Assembly: GCF_963921235.1 (NCBI RefSeq)
Contig: NC_086108.1
Location: 57,538,001 to 57,602,000 of the forward strand
Source of the DNA: Mobula hypostoma
Lineage: Eukaryota
DNA length: 64,000 nt
Reading direction: 5' to 3'
This document shows positions 22,776 to 34,387 of the stretch, in pieces. The notes below the pieces were generated by a model that did not search any database, was not told the origin of the DNA, and worked only from the letters and a program-made list of their open reading frames with translations. The position numbers were made by a program, and so were the translations under genes. Each line of letters opens with the position of its first letter. Position 1 is the stretch's first letter.

Positions 22776-23365
22776 AGAAAGCAGGATCTCCCAGTGGCCA
22801 CACATTTTAATTCCACATCCCATTCCCATTCTGACATGTCTATCCACGGCCTCCTCTACTGTAAAGATGAAGCCGTTGGAGTTGGGTCAGGTTGGAGGAA
22901 CAACACCTTATATTCTGTCTGGGTAGCCTCCAACCTGATGGCATGAACATCGACTTCTCTAACTTCTGTTAGGCCCCACCTCCCCCTCGTACCCCATCTG
23001 TTACTTATTTTTATGCACACATTCTTTCTCTCACTCTCCTTTTTCTCCCTCTGTCCCTCTGAATATACCTCTTGCCCATCCTCTGGGTCCCCCCCCCCTT
23101 GTCTTTCTTCCCGGACCTCCTGTCCCATGATCCTCTCGTATCCCCTTTTGCCTATCACCTGTCCAGCTCTTGGCTCCATCCCTCCCCCTCCTGTCTTCTC
23201 CTATCATTTTGGATCTCCCCCTCCCCCTCCAACTTTCCAATCCCTTACTCACTCTTCCTTCAGTTAGTCCTGACGAAGGGTCTCGGCCTGAAACGTCGAC
23301 TGCACCTCTTCCTACAGATGCTGCCTGGCCTGCTGCGTTCACCAGCAACTTTGATGTCTGTTGTT
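22776..23365 (+). mobile_element. Young Penelope-like 3' end with terminal repeat
   Basis: QDLPVATHFNSTSHSHSDMSIHGLLYC, LEEQHLIFCLGSLQPDGMNIDFSNF; CpGs retained. Confidence 0.9.
23265..23302 (+). ncRNA. Minimal type I hammerhead ribozyme motif, core intact
   Basis: AGTC-CTGACGA-AGG GTCTCGG CCT-GAAA-C GTC-GACT: stem I AGTC/GACT, core CUGANGA, stem II AGG/CCT, GAAA, palindromic ACGT in place of stem III, GUC triplet (predicted cut after 23297). Confidence 0.75.
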
Positions 23366-23854
23366 GTATAGATTAGCTGTTGGTAGCAGCAAAGGTGAAA
23401 AATTGGGAAAGTTGAGCTGGCAGAAGACTTGAAAATATTATTGAGGGTAGCCAATATACAAGAGACTTCTCCACACTGCTGGGGCTGTTCAGAGCACTAT
23501 GTGTTTGTTTCTCCTTCTCATGTCAGCATGATAATAATGTTTCTAAAGCCAGAATTTAGCGCCTTTTTGTATTGGGTGGAAAAATGGATTATTCGCAATC
23601 TGTGTCACTTAGGTGAATTAGAGTGACAAGCGACTGATTCATGCAGCCTGAAATGTGTAGGAACAAGCATGTTTAGAATGCTGCTGTTTCTGAGGTACAA
23701 TAAGTTTTCATGTCTGATTCTTTAAGTTTCAGTAAATTCATAAACTCCTTCAGGCCTATCCAGTCAATTAAAAATTTGCTCTCATGTGGCTTCTCCAGTG
23801 TTGTAGTCTTTAAAAGCATATTCCTAGTTTTCTTGAGAAGGGAATCATAACAGG

Positions 23855-26500
23855 ATGTACAGTGTCTGTGACCCTCTTCTCCTTGGCGATGAACATATTG
23901 GCCAAGTCAGCAGAGGCTCGTTGTCCAGGTCTGGTGCCCGTCAACCACCAATAGGAGCATTGGTGGATGACCTGACTGTAACAAGAACGTCAGTGCCAGG
24001 ATGCAGATGGATGCTCCAGGGTCTGGAGAAGCTCACTACTTGGGCAAGGATGAGCCTCAAATCTAAGAAATCCAGATCCTTAGTACTTAAGAGAGGAGAG
24101 GTGGTTGACAAATTCCGTTTTAAACAGGGAGGCGCCCAAATTCCAAGCCAATCAGAGAAACTGGTGAAGAGCCATGGCAAGGTGTTTAACAGCTCACTGA
24201 AAGACACAGCATCCATCAAAGCAGCTAGGGAAGAGCTGCAGCAAGGTCTGACTGCTGTGGAAAAGTCACGACTGACTGCCAGGTAAATCCAGTAGGTTTC
24301 AATAGGTACATTTAATGTCAGAGAAATGTATGCAATATGCATCCTGAAATTCTTTTTCTTTGCAAACATCCACGAAAACAGGGGTGTGCCCCAAGGAATG
24401 AATGACAGTTAAATGTTAGAACCCCAAAGACCCCCCCAGCTCCCCCCCTCCCACGCATAAGCAGCAGCAAAGCAATGACCCCTGCCCCCCCCCACCCCTA
24501 GGAGTTAATAGCATGGTATTCTCCCACGGATTCTGTGGCCTCCACTAGTCTATGATGTCCCAATATCAACAGCTGAGACCTTTTAGAGAAAAATTGGCAA
24601 GCACCTACAGAGGTGGCTGGGTGTGCCTAGGAGCCTAAGCAGCATCGCCTTGTACAGGGAGAGTAACAGACTGCAACTCCTCATCAGCAGTGTGAGCAAG
24701 GAGTCTATGGTCAAAGAGTCCAGTGACCCGAGGGTCTTGCATGCTGGCATTGAGGTGACGATGGGCAGGAGGTGGAGGGCACAGGATGCAGTTGAACAAG
24801 CCGAAGTATGGCTGTGCTATTGTGTGCTAGTGGGCACAGTGGCATTGCGATGGATGGGCTTGGGTTGCTTCCCAACTGTCCGCCACGATATTGCTGCAAG
24901 GAAGAGCGAGGTGCCAGTTGGTCCAGCAGGAGGTGCGAGCTGATGTGGAGGAGCTGTGTGCCAGCAAGATCGCTGGTATGCAGCAACAAGGCACATGGAC
25001 AAGATGGGACCAGGTACAGCAACAATGGAGGAGGAGAAAATGGCGACGCAATGCAGCGTGCAGCGGCCACTCCGGTGAATGATATCTGTTATCTGTCAAG
25101 TAGGGTGCCGTGTACAATCCTGATTTGATGGAGACAGAGGTGAGAGCACGGAGGAACATCTGGAGAAACTTCTGAAATGCCTTCTTCGCTGCCACTGCTA
25201 CTGTGTGATCCAGAATCTCCGGAGGGGAAGGCCCCGAGTCCTCGGCTTTGCTTGTTGCTCGGCTGCCGGGGCGGGGTCGAAGGTGCTCAGCAGAGGATGG
25301 TGCTCGGGAGGCTGTATCAAAGGGGCTGGTCAGAGGCTCGAAGTTTTCGGATGGACTCAGAGTCGGCTGTGGTCGGGTGCTTCCAATGTATGGGCAGTTG
25401 TCAGCGCCTGGAGGTTTATGGCAAGGAGAGTTTCTCCCTTTTACTGCCTGCTATCGGGACTATTGGGAGTCGATTGGAAGTTTGAGACTTTTTTTAACCG
25501 TGCCCATGGTCTCCTCTTTATGAAATTATGGTATTGCTTTGCACTGCTGTAACTATATGCTATAATTATGTGCTCTTGTCAGTGTCAGTCTTTGGTTTGT
25601 CCTTTTTTTTCTGATATCACTCTGGAGGAACATTGTATCATTTCTTAATGCATGCATTTCTAAATGACAATAAATGAGGACTGAGTGTCCTCATAATCTA
25701 AAATAATCTAAATCTCATGGGGGGAAATTTGGTGAGCTGAACCAGTCAGTATATGATGTCTTGCCAAGCCCTGTTGGGGTAGGGCCAAGGGAAGGGAACA
25801 CTAGAGCACTTCCTCAGCTTCTGCCCAAAAGCCCTGCGGGAGGGCATTATCATTGGCGCCATGACCAGGTGCTGAAGACAGTGGCTGACACCTTGGAAAC
25901 AGCCATCGCCCAGCAAAGCAAGCAATTGCTTTTATCAAGGCAGGGGAGAAGGCTCAAATCCAATCCAAGGAGCATGCCGGCCTCCTAGGAACAGCAAAGG
26001 ACCAGCAACTGAGAGTCGACCTAGGGAAACAGCTCAGATTCCCCGAGCACATTGCCTCCACCATGCTTAGGCCAGACATAGTGTTGTTGTTAGAGTCATC
26101 TAGACAACTGGTCATGTTGGAGCTGACCATTCCCTGCGAAGACCGGATGGAGAAGACCCATGAAAGGAAAAAGACAAAGTACCAAGACTTGGTGAAGGAG
26201 TGCTGCAGCAAGGGGTGGTATAGCTTGACTTGAAATGCAGATCTCCTGCCCTTTAACCAAGTTGTTGTACGCCCTTAGAGGTGCGCTGCAGAGAGTTTGC
26301 TGGTCACAGCTGGACGGGCATCTCAGGAGCCCAGAAGAAGAAAGCCATCAGGAACAGTATAGAAGCAGCAGAGTCAGCCTTGAGATGGCTGTGTATCAGG
26401 AGGAGTGATCCATGGCAGAACGCCACTCAGACACAATTCGGGATCTGATCAACCCCGAAACAGCCAGATTGCATCACTGATCTGTCTGAGTGCATCGCAA
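23855..26500 (+). mobile_element. HERO-like (R2 group, restriction-like endonuclease) non-LTR retrotransposon, decayed and interrupted
   Basis: ALVDDLTVT...RWMLQGLEKLTTWARMSLKSKKSRSLVLKRG (RT), HGILPRILWP, GRRWRAQDAVEQAE, YHWRHDQVLK and LRPDIVLL...VMLELTIPCE (PD-(D/E)xK). Insertions at ~24285-24500 and 25027-25713. Confidence 0.82.
25027..25713 (+). mobile_element. ~690-bp non-coding, non-autonomous retroposon (copy 1)
   Basis: Highly similar to the reverse complement of 37917-38576. Starts GGAGGAGGAGAAAATGGCG, ends AATAAA...(TAATC)-like tail, and interrupts the HERO frame. Confidence 0.8.
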
Positions 26501-26552
26501 GATTTATCATTCTATCACTAGGAAACACACAAAAGTGATTGTTTCTTATGCA

Positions 26553-26840
26553 AGCAACACACATCAAAGTTGCTGGTGAACGCAGCAGGCCAGGCAGCAT
26601 CTCTAGGAAGAGGTACAGTCAACGTTTCGGGCCGAGACCCTTCGTCAGGACTAACTGAAGGAAGAGCTAGTAAGAGATTTGAAATTATTAGCTCTTCCTT
26701 CAGTTAGTCCTGATGAAGGGTCTCAGTCCAAAACGTTGACTGTACCTCTTCCTAGAGATGCTGCCTGGCCTGCTGCGTTTGCCAGCAACTTTGATGTGTG
26801 TTGCTTGAATTTCCAGCATCTGCAGAATTCTTCGTGTTTA
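26553..26840. mobile_element. Miniature Penelope-derived element made of two inverted terminal repeats
   Basis: Arms 26551-26673 and 26685-26807 are near-perfect reverse complements around an 11-nt spacer. Flanked by TGTTTCTTATGCA (26540-26552) and TGTTTCTCATGCA (26841-26853). Confidence 0.85.
26617..26652 (-). ncRNA. Minimal type I hammerhead ribozyme motif, core intact
   Basis: Reverse complement is AGTC-CTGACGA-A GGG TCTCGG CCC-GAAA-C GTT-GACT; the NUH triplet is GUU. Confidence 0.7.
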
Positions 26841-29524
26841 TGTTTCTCATGCAGTTCTCTCTTCTACATGCACATACATTTGACATCTACCAATGATGCT
26901 GTCGTTCAGAGCAATGTTAGAAACTGGCGTTGGACATGAAAGTATGCAGTAACACATCCTCTGTTTTTTCTCTAATTTTACAAATGTGAAAATTATGTGT
27001 AGATTGTGTACTGTATGTTTCAAGCTTTTGTGCTGTGAATTACAAATAAATCTATTTAAAATGTTCTAATGCTAATAAAATTATCTGCATTCTACAGATA
27101 GAGTATTACTTTAATTTACAGGATGTGGGCAGTATTGACAGGCAAGTTTTTATCCCTCATCATTAATTTCTCCTGTGCTGTCACCTTCAACTTTTTATAG
27201 TCCTTCTGGTAAAAGTGCTGCCGCAGTGAATTCCTGGATTTAGGTCCAATGAAGGTAAAAGATTGCAAGTGCATTTCAAAGTAGAATGGTATATGACCTG
27301 AATTTGAAGGTCATGGCGAATCTAAATGCATTTGCTAATAGTAGTGTTTTCATATGGTGGTAGACATCATGAGTTTGATAGATGAAGTCAGGATAGCTGA
27401 GGCAATTAGCTGCAATACATTTTCTAAATGATATAATCTAGAGCCACTGGTGAACAGCGAACGGTTTTGTGGTGCGAGAGAGGTGATAATTAATTTGGTT
27501 GCTTTGCGGGTGGTTAGAATCTTGTTGAAGATGATTGTCATATGTGACTTCTGTGTCAGAGCATTGTGTCAGTGTCCCTGGACACTGCTCTAGGGAACTC
27601 CTGCACTGATGCCCAAGGGCTAACAGGATTGATCTCCAACAACTGCAAAAAATCTTCCTTTTTGGTGAAGTATCTCAATGGAGTATTTTTTGTTACCCCT
27701 CTCTGCCCAAAATCCCATTGACTTCAGTTTTATCAGGGCATCTTGATACAATATTTGGTTGAATGCGGCTTTGATGTCATTAGCAGTTTTTCTTGCCGCC
27801 TCTCTATCATTCAGCTCTTTTGGTTCATGTTTGGACCAAGGTCATAAAACACCTTGTAGCCAAGTGGTAGCACTGAGTATATCTTCATCTCTTGACATTT
27901 CATATTAAATTCCGGAAGACCTAGTAGGATTGAATTGATTTTGTTTTGGTTAGGATATTCATGGATTCTCTTTTTCAATGTTGGATAGAATCTGTTCTAA
28001 CTGTCTTGGCATAGCTTGACTTGAAATGCAAATCTCCTGCCCTTCAACAAAGTTGTTGGAGCCTGTAACTCTTTGGGAAGATGGGGACCTTGAAAATAAG
28101 CTGATGGCTACAGATGGCAGAATGTTCTTCAGTCATGTCTATTATACTTAATTGGCTCATGATCCATGAGGATGATTGAGACATCTTCTCCTCCTCTAAT
28201 TATCTATTAGCACGAACCATTGACTGGTGTGACTGAAGATCTTTGCTCTGATCCACTGACTATATTGTTGTCCGTCGCCTGCTGGTTTTTGATTATTATC
28301 ATAGGGATATCCTGAGGTGCAGTTTTGCCATTGTTGATACATAAGAATGTAAGATATTAAGTATGTACGTAATAATAAAAGAGGTACAGTATATGCCCTA
28401 TCACTCTCATTGAACCAAATTTGAAACCTTAGCTCAATAGTAATGCTAGTGTGTGAGATGCACAGTAAAACTCCATTTATTCAGCTTTAGGACTTGCAGT
28501 CAGACTGCAGATTAAATGTTATTCTAATTAATTCTCTCATTAACTCTCTTTAGCAGCTAGAAAAGAAACCTATGCTCTTTTGGAGTTCTGAAAAATGAGG
28601 ATTGATTTTATCAAATATTTTAAAATGGTCTTCCTCTATACTTTTCTTTTCCTCTTGTAGCTACATTAAATTTTAAAAAAAAACCTAAAATCTTACCTCA
28701 TTGCAACGGAGAAATAGGTACTTAATAGGTTGTAGAAACTGCTTTGGGATGTCTTGCATTAGTGCAGATTAGGACAAGTGAGCATCTGACGTTTGTCGGT
28801 ACCTGTACCATTGTGTAAAATTTAGTCCAAATGCAGTGTATCAGAGTAGTTGGGGGATTGGGAAGGGTGGGGATGTGGTGGGGTGGATGTAGGAAGGTAC
28901 AATGATGGTGGTTTTCAAATTTCTTTTGGTTTTAGAGTAAGAACCTGCCTATTGCTTGGTGCATGACCCTTTAAAATATAATTGAAATTTTATTAAGTAT
29001 TCTGCATTTTTTATCCTAATGCAGATTTGTATTCCATCTGTGTTCCATAATTCTATGGGCTAGTAATTCTACTGACTCTAATTCTGTATTCTCATGCCTG
29101 TGGTAGTGAATAGTGCCTTTTAATTTGTTAAATGGGAAAAAGCAAAGAAAAAAAACATATTTTGCAGCTAATAGAAACATAGAAATCTACAGCACATTAC
29201 AGGCCCTTCAGCCTACAATATTATGCCAACCATGTAACCTACTCTAGAAACTGCCTAGAATCTCCCTACCGCATAGCCCACTATTTTTCTAAGCTCCAAT
29301 GTACCTATCTAAGAATCTCTTAAAGACCCCATTGCATTCACCTCTACCACCTTCGCTGGCAGTACTTTCCATGCACCCACTACTCCCTGTGTGAAAAACT
29401 TACCTCTGACATCCCCTTTGTACCTGCTTCCAAGCACCTTAAAACTATGCCCCTCGTGTTCGCCATTTCAGCCCTGGGAAAAAGCCTCTGGCTATCCACA
29501 AGATCAATGCCCCTCATAATCTTA

Positions 29525-29986
29525 CGAGGGGTGATTGATAAGTTCGTGGCCTAAGGTAGAAGGCATCAATTTTAGAAAACCTAGCACGTTTGTTTTTCAA
29601 CATAGTCCCCTCCTACATGTAGCATACGGATCCCTTCTTTGTAGAAGTGGTCCACAGCAAGGGTGACAGATAAGTTTGTGGCCTAAGGTAGAAGGAGATG
29701 AGTTATACAGCTCTCGTTACATGCACGTGCAGTTCAACTCTTTGAGTGAAAATGCAGAAAATTTGAAATTAATAACTCAACTTCTTCTACCTTAGGCCAC
29801 AAACTTATCAATCACCCCTGCTGTGGACCACTTCTGGAGGTCCAAGATGCCGACTTCTACAAAGAAGGGATCCGTTTGCTCCATGACCGCTGGACTAAGT
29901 GTGTAAATGTAGGAAAAATAAATGTGCTAGGTTTTCTAAAATTGAATCCTTCTATCTTAGGCCACGAACTTATCAATCACCCCACG
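29525..29986. mobile_element. Non-autonomous mariner derivative (462 bp) with nested TIR pairs
   Basis: TIR CGAGGGGTGATTGATAAGTTCGTGGCCTAAG at both ends, TA/TG flanks, a second inner TIR pair (~29660 and ~29818), and mariner C-terminal residues DFYKEGIRLLHDRWTKCVNVG. Confidence 0.88.
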
Positions 29987-32900
29987 TGTACACCTGTATC
30001 AGGTCACTCTCATCCTCCGTTGCTCCAAGGAGAAAAGGCCAAGTTCACTCAATCTATTCTCCTGAGGCATGCTCTCCAAACTAGGCAACATCTTTGTAAA
30101 TCTCCTCTGAACTCTCTCTATAGTATCCTCATCCTTCCTGTAATGAGGTGAACAGAACTGAACACAGTACTCCAAGTGGGGTCTATTTAAGGTCTTGCAT
30201 AGCTGTAATATTACCTCATGGCTCTTGAACTCAATCCCATGATTGATGAAGGCCAATACACCACATGCCTTCTTAACAACACTGTCAACCTGCGCAGCAG
30301 CTTTGAGTGTCCTATGGACATGGACCCCAAGATTCCTCTGATTCTCCACACTGCCAAGTGTCTTACCATTAATATTACATTCTGTCTTCAAATTGGACCT
30401 ACCAAAATGAACCACTTCACACTTATCTGGGTTGAACTCCATCTGCTATTTCTCAGCCCAGACTATCCACAACACCCTCAACTTTTGTGTCATCAGCAAA
30501 CCTACTAACTCACCCTTCTACATCCTCATCCAGGTCATTTATAAAAATCACAGAGGAGGAGTCCCAGAACAAATCCCTGCGAGACATCACTGGTCACCGT
30601 CCTCCATGCAGAATATGAATCATCCACAACCACCCTTTGCCTTCTGTGGGAAGCCAATTCTGGATCCACAAAGCAAAGTCTTCTTGGATCCTATGCCTCA
30701 TTACTTTCTGAATGAGCCTCACATGGGGAACCTTATCAAATGCCTTAATGAAATCCATATACACTACATCCACTACCTTCAGCAGTGTGTTTTGTTATAC
30801 TCTCAAAGAATTGAATCAGGTTTGTAAGGCATGACTTGCTCTTGAAAAAGCCATGTTGACTATCCCTAATCAGATTATGTCTCTCCAAATCCTACCTCTC
30901 AGGATCTTCTCTAACAACTTGCCCACCACTGAGGTAAGACTCACTGGTCTATAATTTCCTGGGTTATCTCTACTTCCTTTCTTGAACAAGGGAACAATGT
31001 TAGCAACCTTCCAATCCTCTGGTACTTCTCTCATCCCTATTGATGGTGCAAAGACTATCACCAGCAATCTCCTCACTCACTTCTCACGGTAGCCTGGGGT
31101 ATATCTCGTCTAGTCCTGGTGATTTATTTAACTTAATACCTTCTAGTACATCCTCTTTTTTAACGTCTATATGCTCAAACGTCTTAGTCTGCTGTAAGCC
31201 ATTCCCACAATCGCCAAGGTCCATTTCACTGGTGAATACTGAAGCAAAGTATTCATTAAGTACCTTCGCTACCTCCTCCGGCTCCATGTCATGTTTCCAC
31301 TCTCGCTCCTCATTGGTCCTATTCTCACATGGCTATTCACATATTTGTAAAATGCCTTGCAGTTTTCCTTAATCCTGCTCACCAAGGCCTTCACATGGCC
31401 CCTTTTAGCTCTCCTAATTTCATTCTTGAGCTCCTTCCTGGCACTCTTGTAATTTTCTAGAGCTCCACTTGAACCTTTTCTTTTCTTCTTAACTAAATTT
31501 TCTACATCCTTTGTACACCATGGTTCTTTAACACTACCATCCTTTCCCTGCCTCAATGGAACATGCTTATGCAGAATGCCATGCAAACGTTCCCTGAACA
31601 TCTACATTTCTGCCATGCATTTCCCTGAGAACACCTGTTCCCAAGTTCCTGCCTAATAGCATCATATTTCCCCCTATCCCAATTAAATGTTTTCCCAAAT
31701 TGTCTGCTCCTATCCCTCTGCGGTGTTACAGTAAAGGAGATAGAGTTGTGGTCACTATCTCCAAAATATTCTGCTGCTGAGAGATCTGAAACCTGACCAG
31801 GTTCATTTTCCAATACCAGATCAAGTACAGCCTCTCCTCTAGTTGGCTGATCTACATATTGTGTCAGGAACCTTCCTGAACACACCTAACAAACTCCACC
31901 CCATCCAAACCGCTTGCGCTAAGGAGATGCCAATCAATATTAGGAAAGTTAAAAATCTCCCATCACAGCAACCCTATTATTATTGCACCGTTCCAGAATC
32001 TGCCTCCCTATCTGCTCCTCAACGTCCCTGTTACTATTTGGGGTTCTATAAAAACATCCAGTAGAGTTATTGCCCCCTTCCTGTTTCTGACTTCCACCCA
32101 CAATGAGTCAGTAGACAATCCCTTCATGACTTCTTCATTTTCTGCAGCCGTGATACTATCCCTGATTAGCAATGCCACACCCCCACCTCTTTTGCCTCCC
32201 TCCCTGTCCTTTTTGAAACATCTAAAGGCCTGCACACTCAGCAGCGATTCCTGTCCCCGAGTCATCTAAGTCTCTGTAATGGCCACAACATCATAGTTCC
32301 ACATATTGATCCACGATCTAAGTTCATCCGCCTTGCTTATGATACTCCTTGCATTAAAATAGACACATCTCGAACCATCTGTCTGAGTGCTTCTTTACTC
32401 TATCATCTGCCTATCCTTCCTCATAAACTCCTTACAAGCTGTCTCTGCTTGTGTGCCAACCACCCCATCCTCTGCCACTTCACTTCGGTTCCCACCCCCC
32501 AACAAATCTAGTTTATACCCGCTTCAATAGCATTAGCAAACCTCCCTCCCAGGCTATTGGTTCCCCTCAAGTTCAGGTGCAACTCAACCCACTTGTACAG
32601 GTCATCCCTTCCCCAGAAAAGATTCCAATGATCCAAGAACCTGAAACCCTGTCCCCTGCATCATCTCCTCAGCCACTCATTCGTCTGCGCTGTCTTCCTG
32701 TCCTGACCTTCACTAGCTCATGGCACTGGGAGTAACCTGGAGATGACCACCTTGGAGATCCCGCTCTTCAGCCTCCTTCCTCACTCCCTAAACTTACTGC
32801 GCAGGACCCTCTACCCCTCTGCTGCCCATGTCATTGGTACCAACATGTACCATGAACTCCGGCTGCTCACCCTCCCCTTCCAGAATATCCTGCAACTGCT

Positions 32901-33216
32901 CAGAGACATCCTGGACCCTGGCACCCGGGAGGCAACACACTATCTTGGTGTCTGTTTTGCTGCCACAGAATCTCCTATCTGTCTCCCTAACTATCGAGTC
33001 CCCTATGACTATTGCACTGCCTGACTTCACCCTACCCTTCTGAGGCTCAGAGCCGACCATAGTGCTATTGGTCTGGCTGCTGCTGCTGCCTTACCCAGAT
33101 AGGTCAACCCCCTCAGCACTATCCAAAGGGGTATACCTGTTGCTGAGGGGAATGGCCACAGGGGGACCCTGCACTGACTTCTCTCTCCCTTTACCTCTCT
33201 CGGTGATCACCCATCT

Positions 33217-34387
33217 CATCATCATCATCAGGTGCCGTGCCCAGTTTGAGCTTTGACTGCTATGGCCCACACACTCCTGTTTCTGGTCAAGTGGATCAAT
33301 TCATTGATATTCATTTCCAGTTCTCTGGCTGCTGTTTCCATCATCATTTGTCTTTGTCCTTGCTTTCTTCCCTTTAATCTTTCCCATAATTACCGTGCAT
33401 TCTAACTCCTCTTTCCTAATCACATGTCCAATGAAGTCACGTTGCCTTTTCATGATCTCATTCATTATTTCTCTTTTTGTGTTTGCTCTGTTCATGACAT
33501 CCTTGTTAGATATTTGTTTTGTCCATGATATTCTTTGCATCCTCCTCAAAAACCACATCTCTGCTGCTTCAATTCAATTCCTCATTTTACTAGATATTGT
33601 CCAACATTCTGAGCCATATAACATAACTAGATAAACGTAACATTTCAGTACTCTTGAGATGGGTTGTCATGCCTAGTTTAGTATTGGTCAGTATACTCTT
33701 CATTCTCATAAAGGTGTCTTTTGCCATCCCTATTCTTCTTTTGATGTCCATGTCGCACCTGCCATCTGATGTCACCCAGCTTCCAAAGTAGCAAAAGTTC
33801 TGTACTTGTTTTATGTCTTCCCCATTTATTCTCAGCCTGCAGATAGGATTCTCCTTCTTTTTGGATATCACCATACATTCTGTCTTTTTGCAATTGATGG
33901 ATAGACCCATTTTTGCACTTTCTTCAACAATTATATCAATTAAGTTTTGTAGTTCTTCCTCTGTACTTGCAATTAACATTGTCATCTGCATGTCTGAAAT
34001 TATTGATGTTTTCACCACCAACTTTGATTCCCAAGATGTCAATATTCCCAAGATTACAATATGTTTTGTAATATTGTTTCACTGTACACATTAAATAAAT
34101 CGGGGAGAAAACGCACCCTTGTCTAATGCCTCTCTTGGTTTTCATAAACTGACTCACTTCTCCATCTATTCTTACAGCGGCAGTTTGTTGCCAGTATAGA
34201 TTTCCGATTAGGCGGAGGTCTTTCAAATCTAGATCTAGAGTTTCCTGTAATATTTCAAATAACTTATTGTGCTTCACTTTATCAAATGCTTTTGTGTGGT
34301 TGATAAAACTAACAAACAAATCTTTTTGCACTTGAATAGCTCATTCTGATAGTATCCTTAACATCAATATTGCATTTCTTGTACCTT
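33217..34387 (-). mobile_element. 5'-truncated RTE-clade LINE inserted in CR1 ORF1
   Basis: KAFDKVKH, RGIRQGCVFSP, NNFRHADD, FCYFGSWVTSDG, MWFLRRMQRISWT; (ATG)n tail; 10-bp TSD TCACCCATCT (33207-33216, 34388-34397). Confidence 0.92.

Noticed and set aside
28852..28887. G-quadruplex-like G-run cluster (also 42071-42093)
   Set aside because: Common low-complexity pattern with no supporting context.
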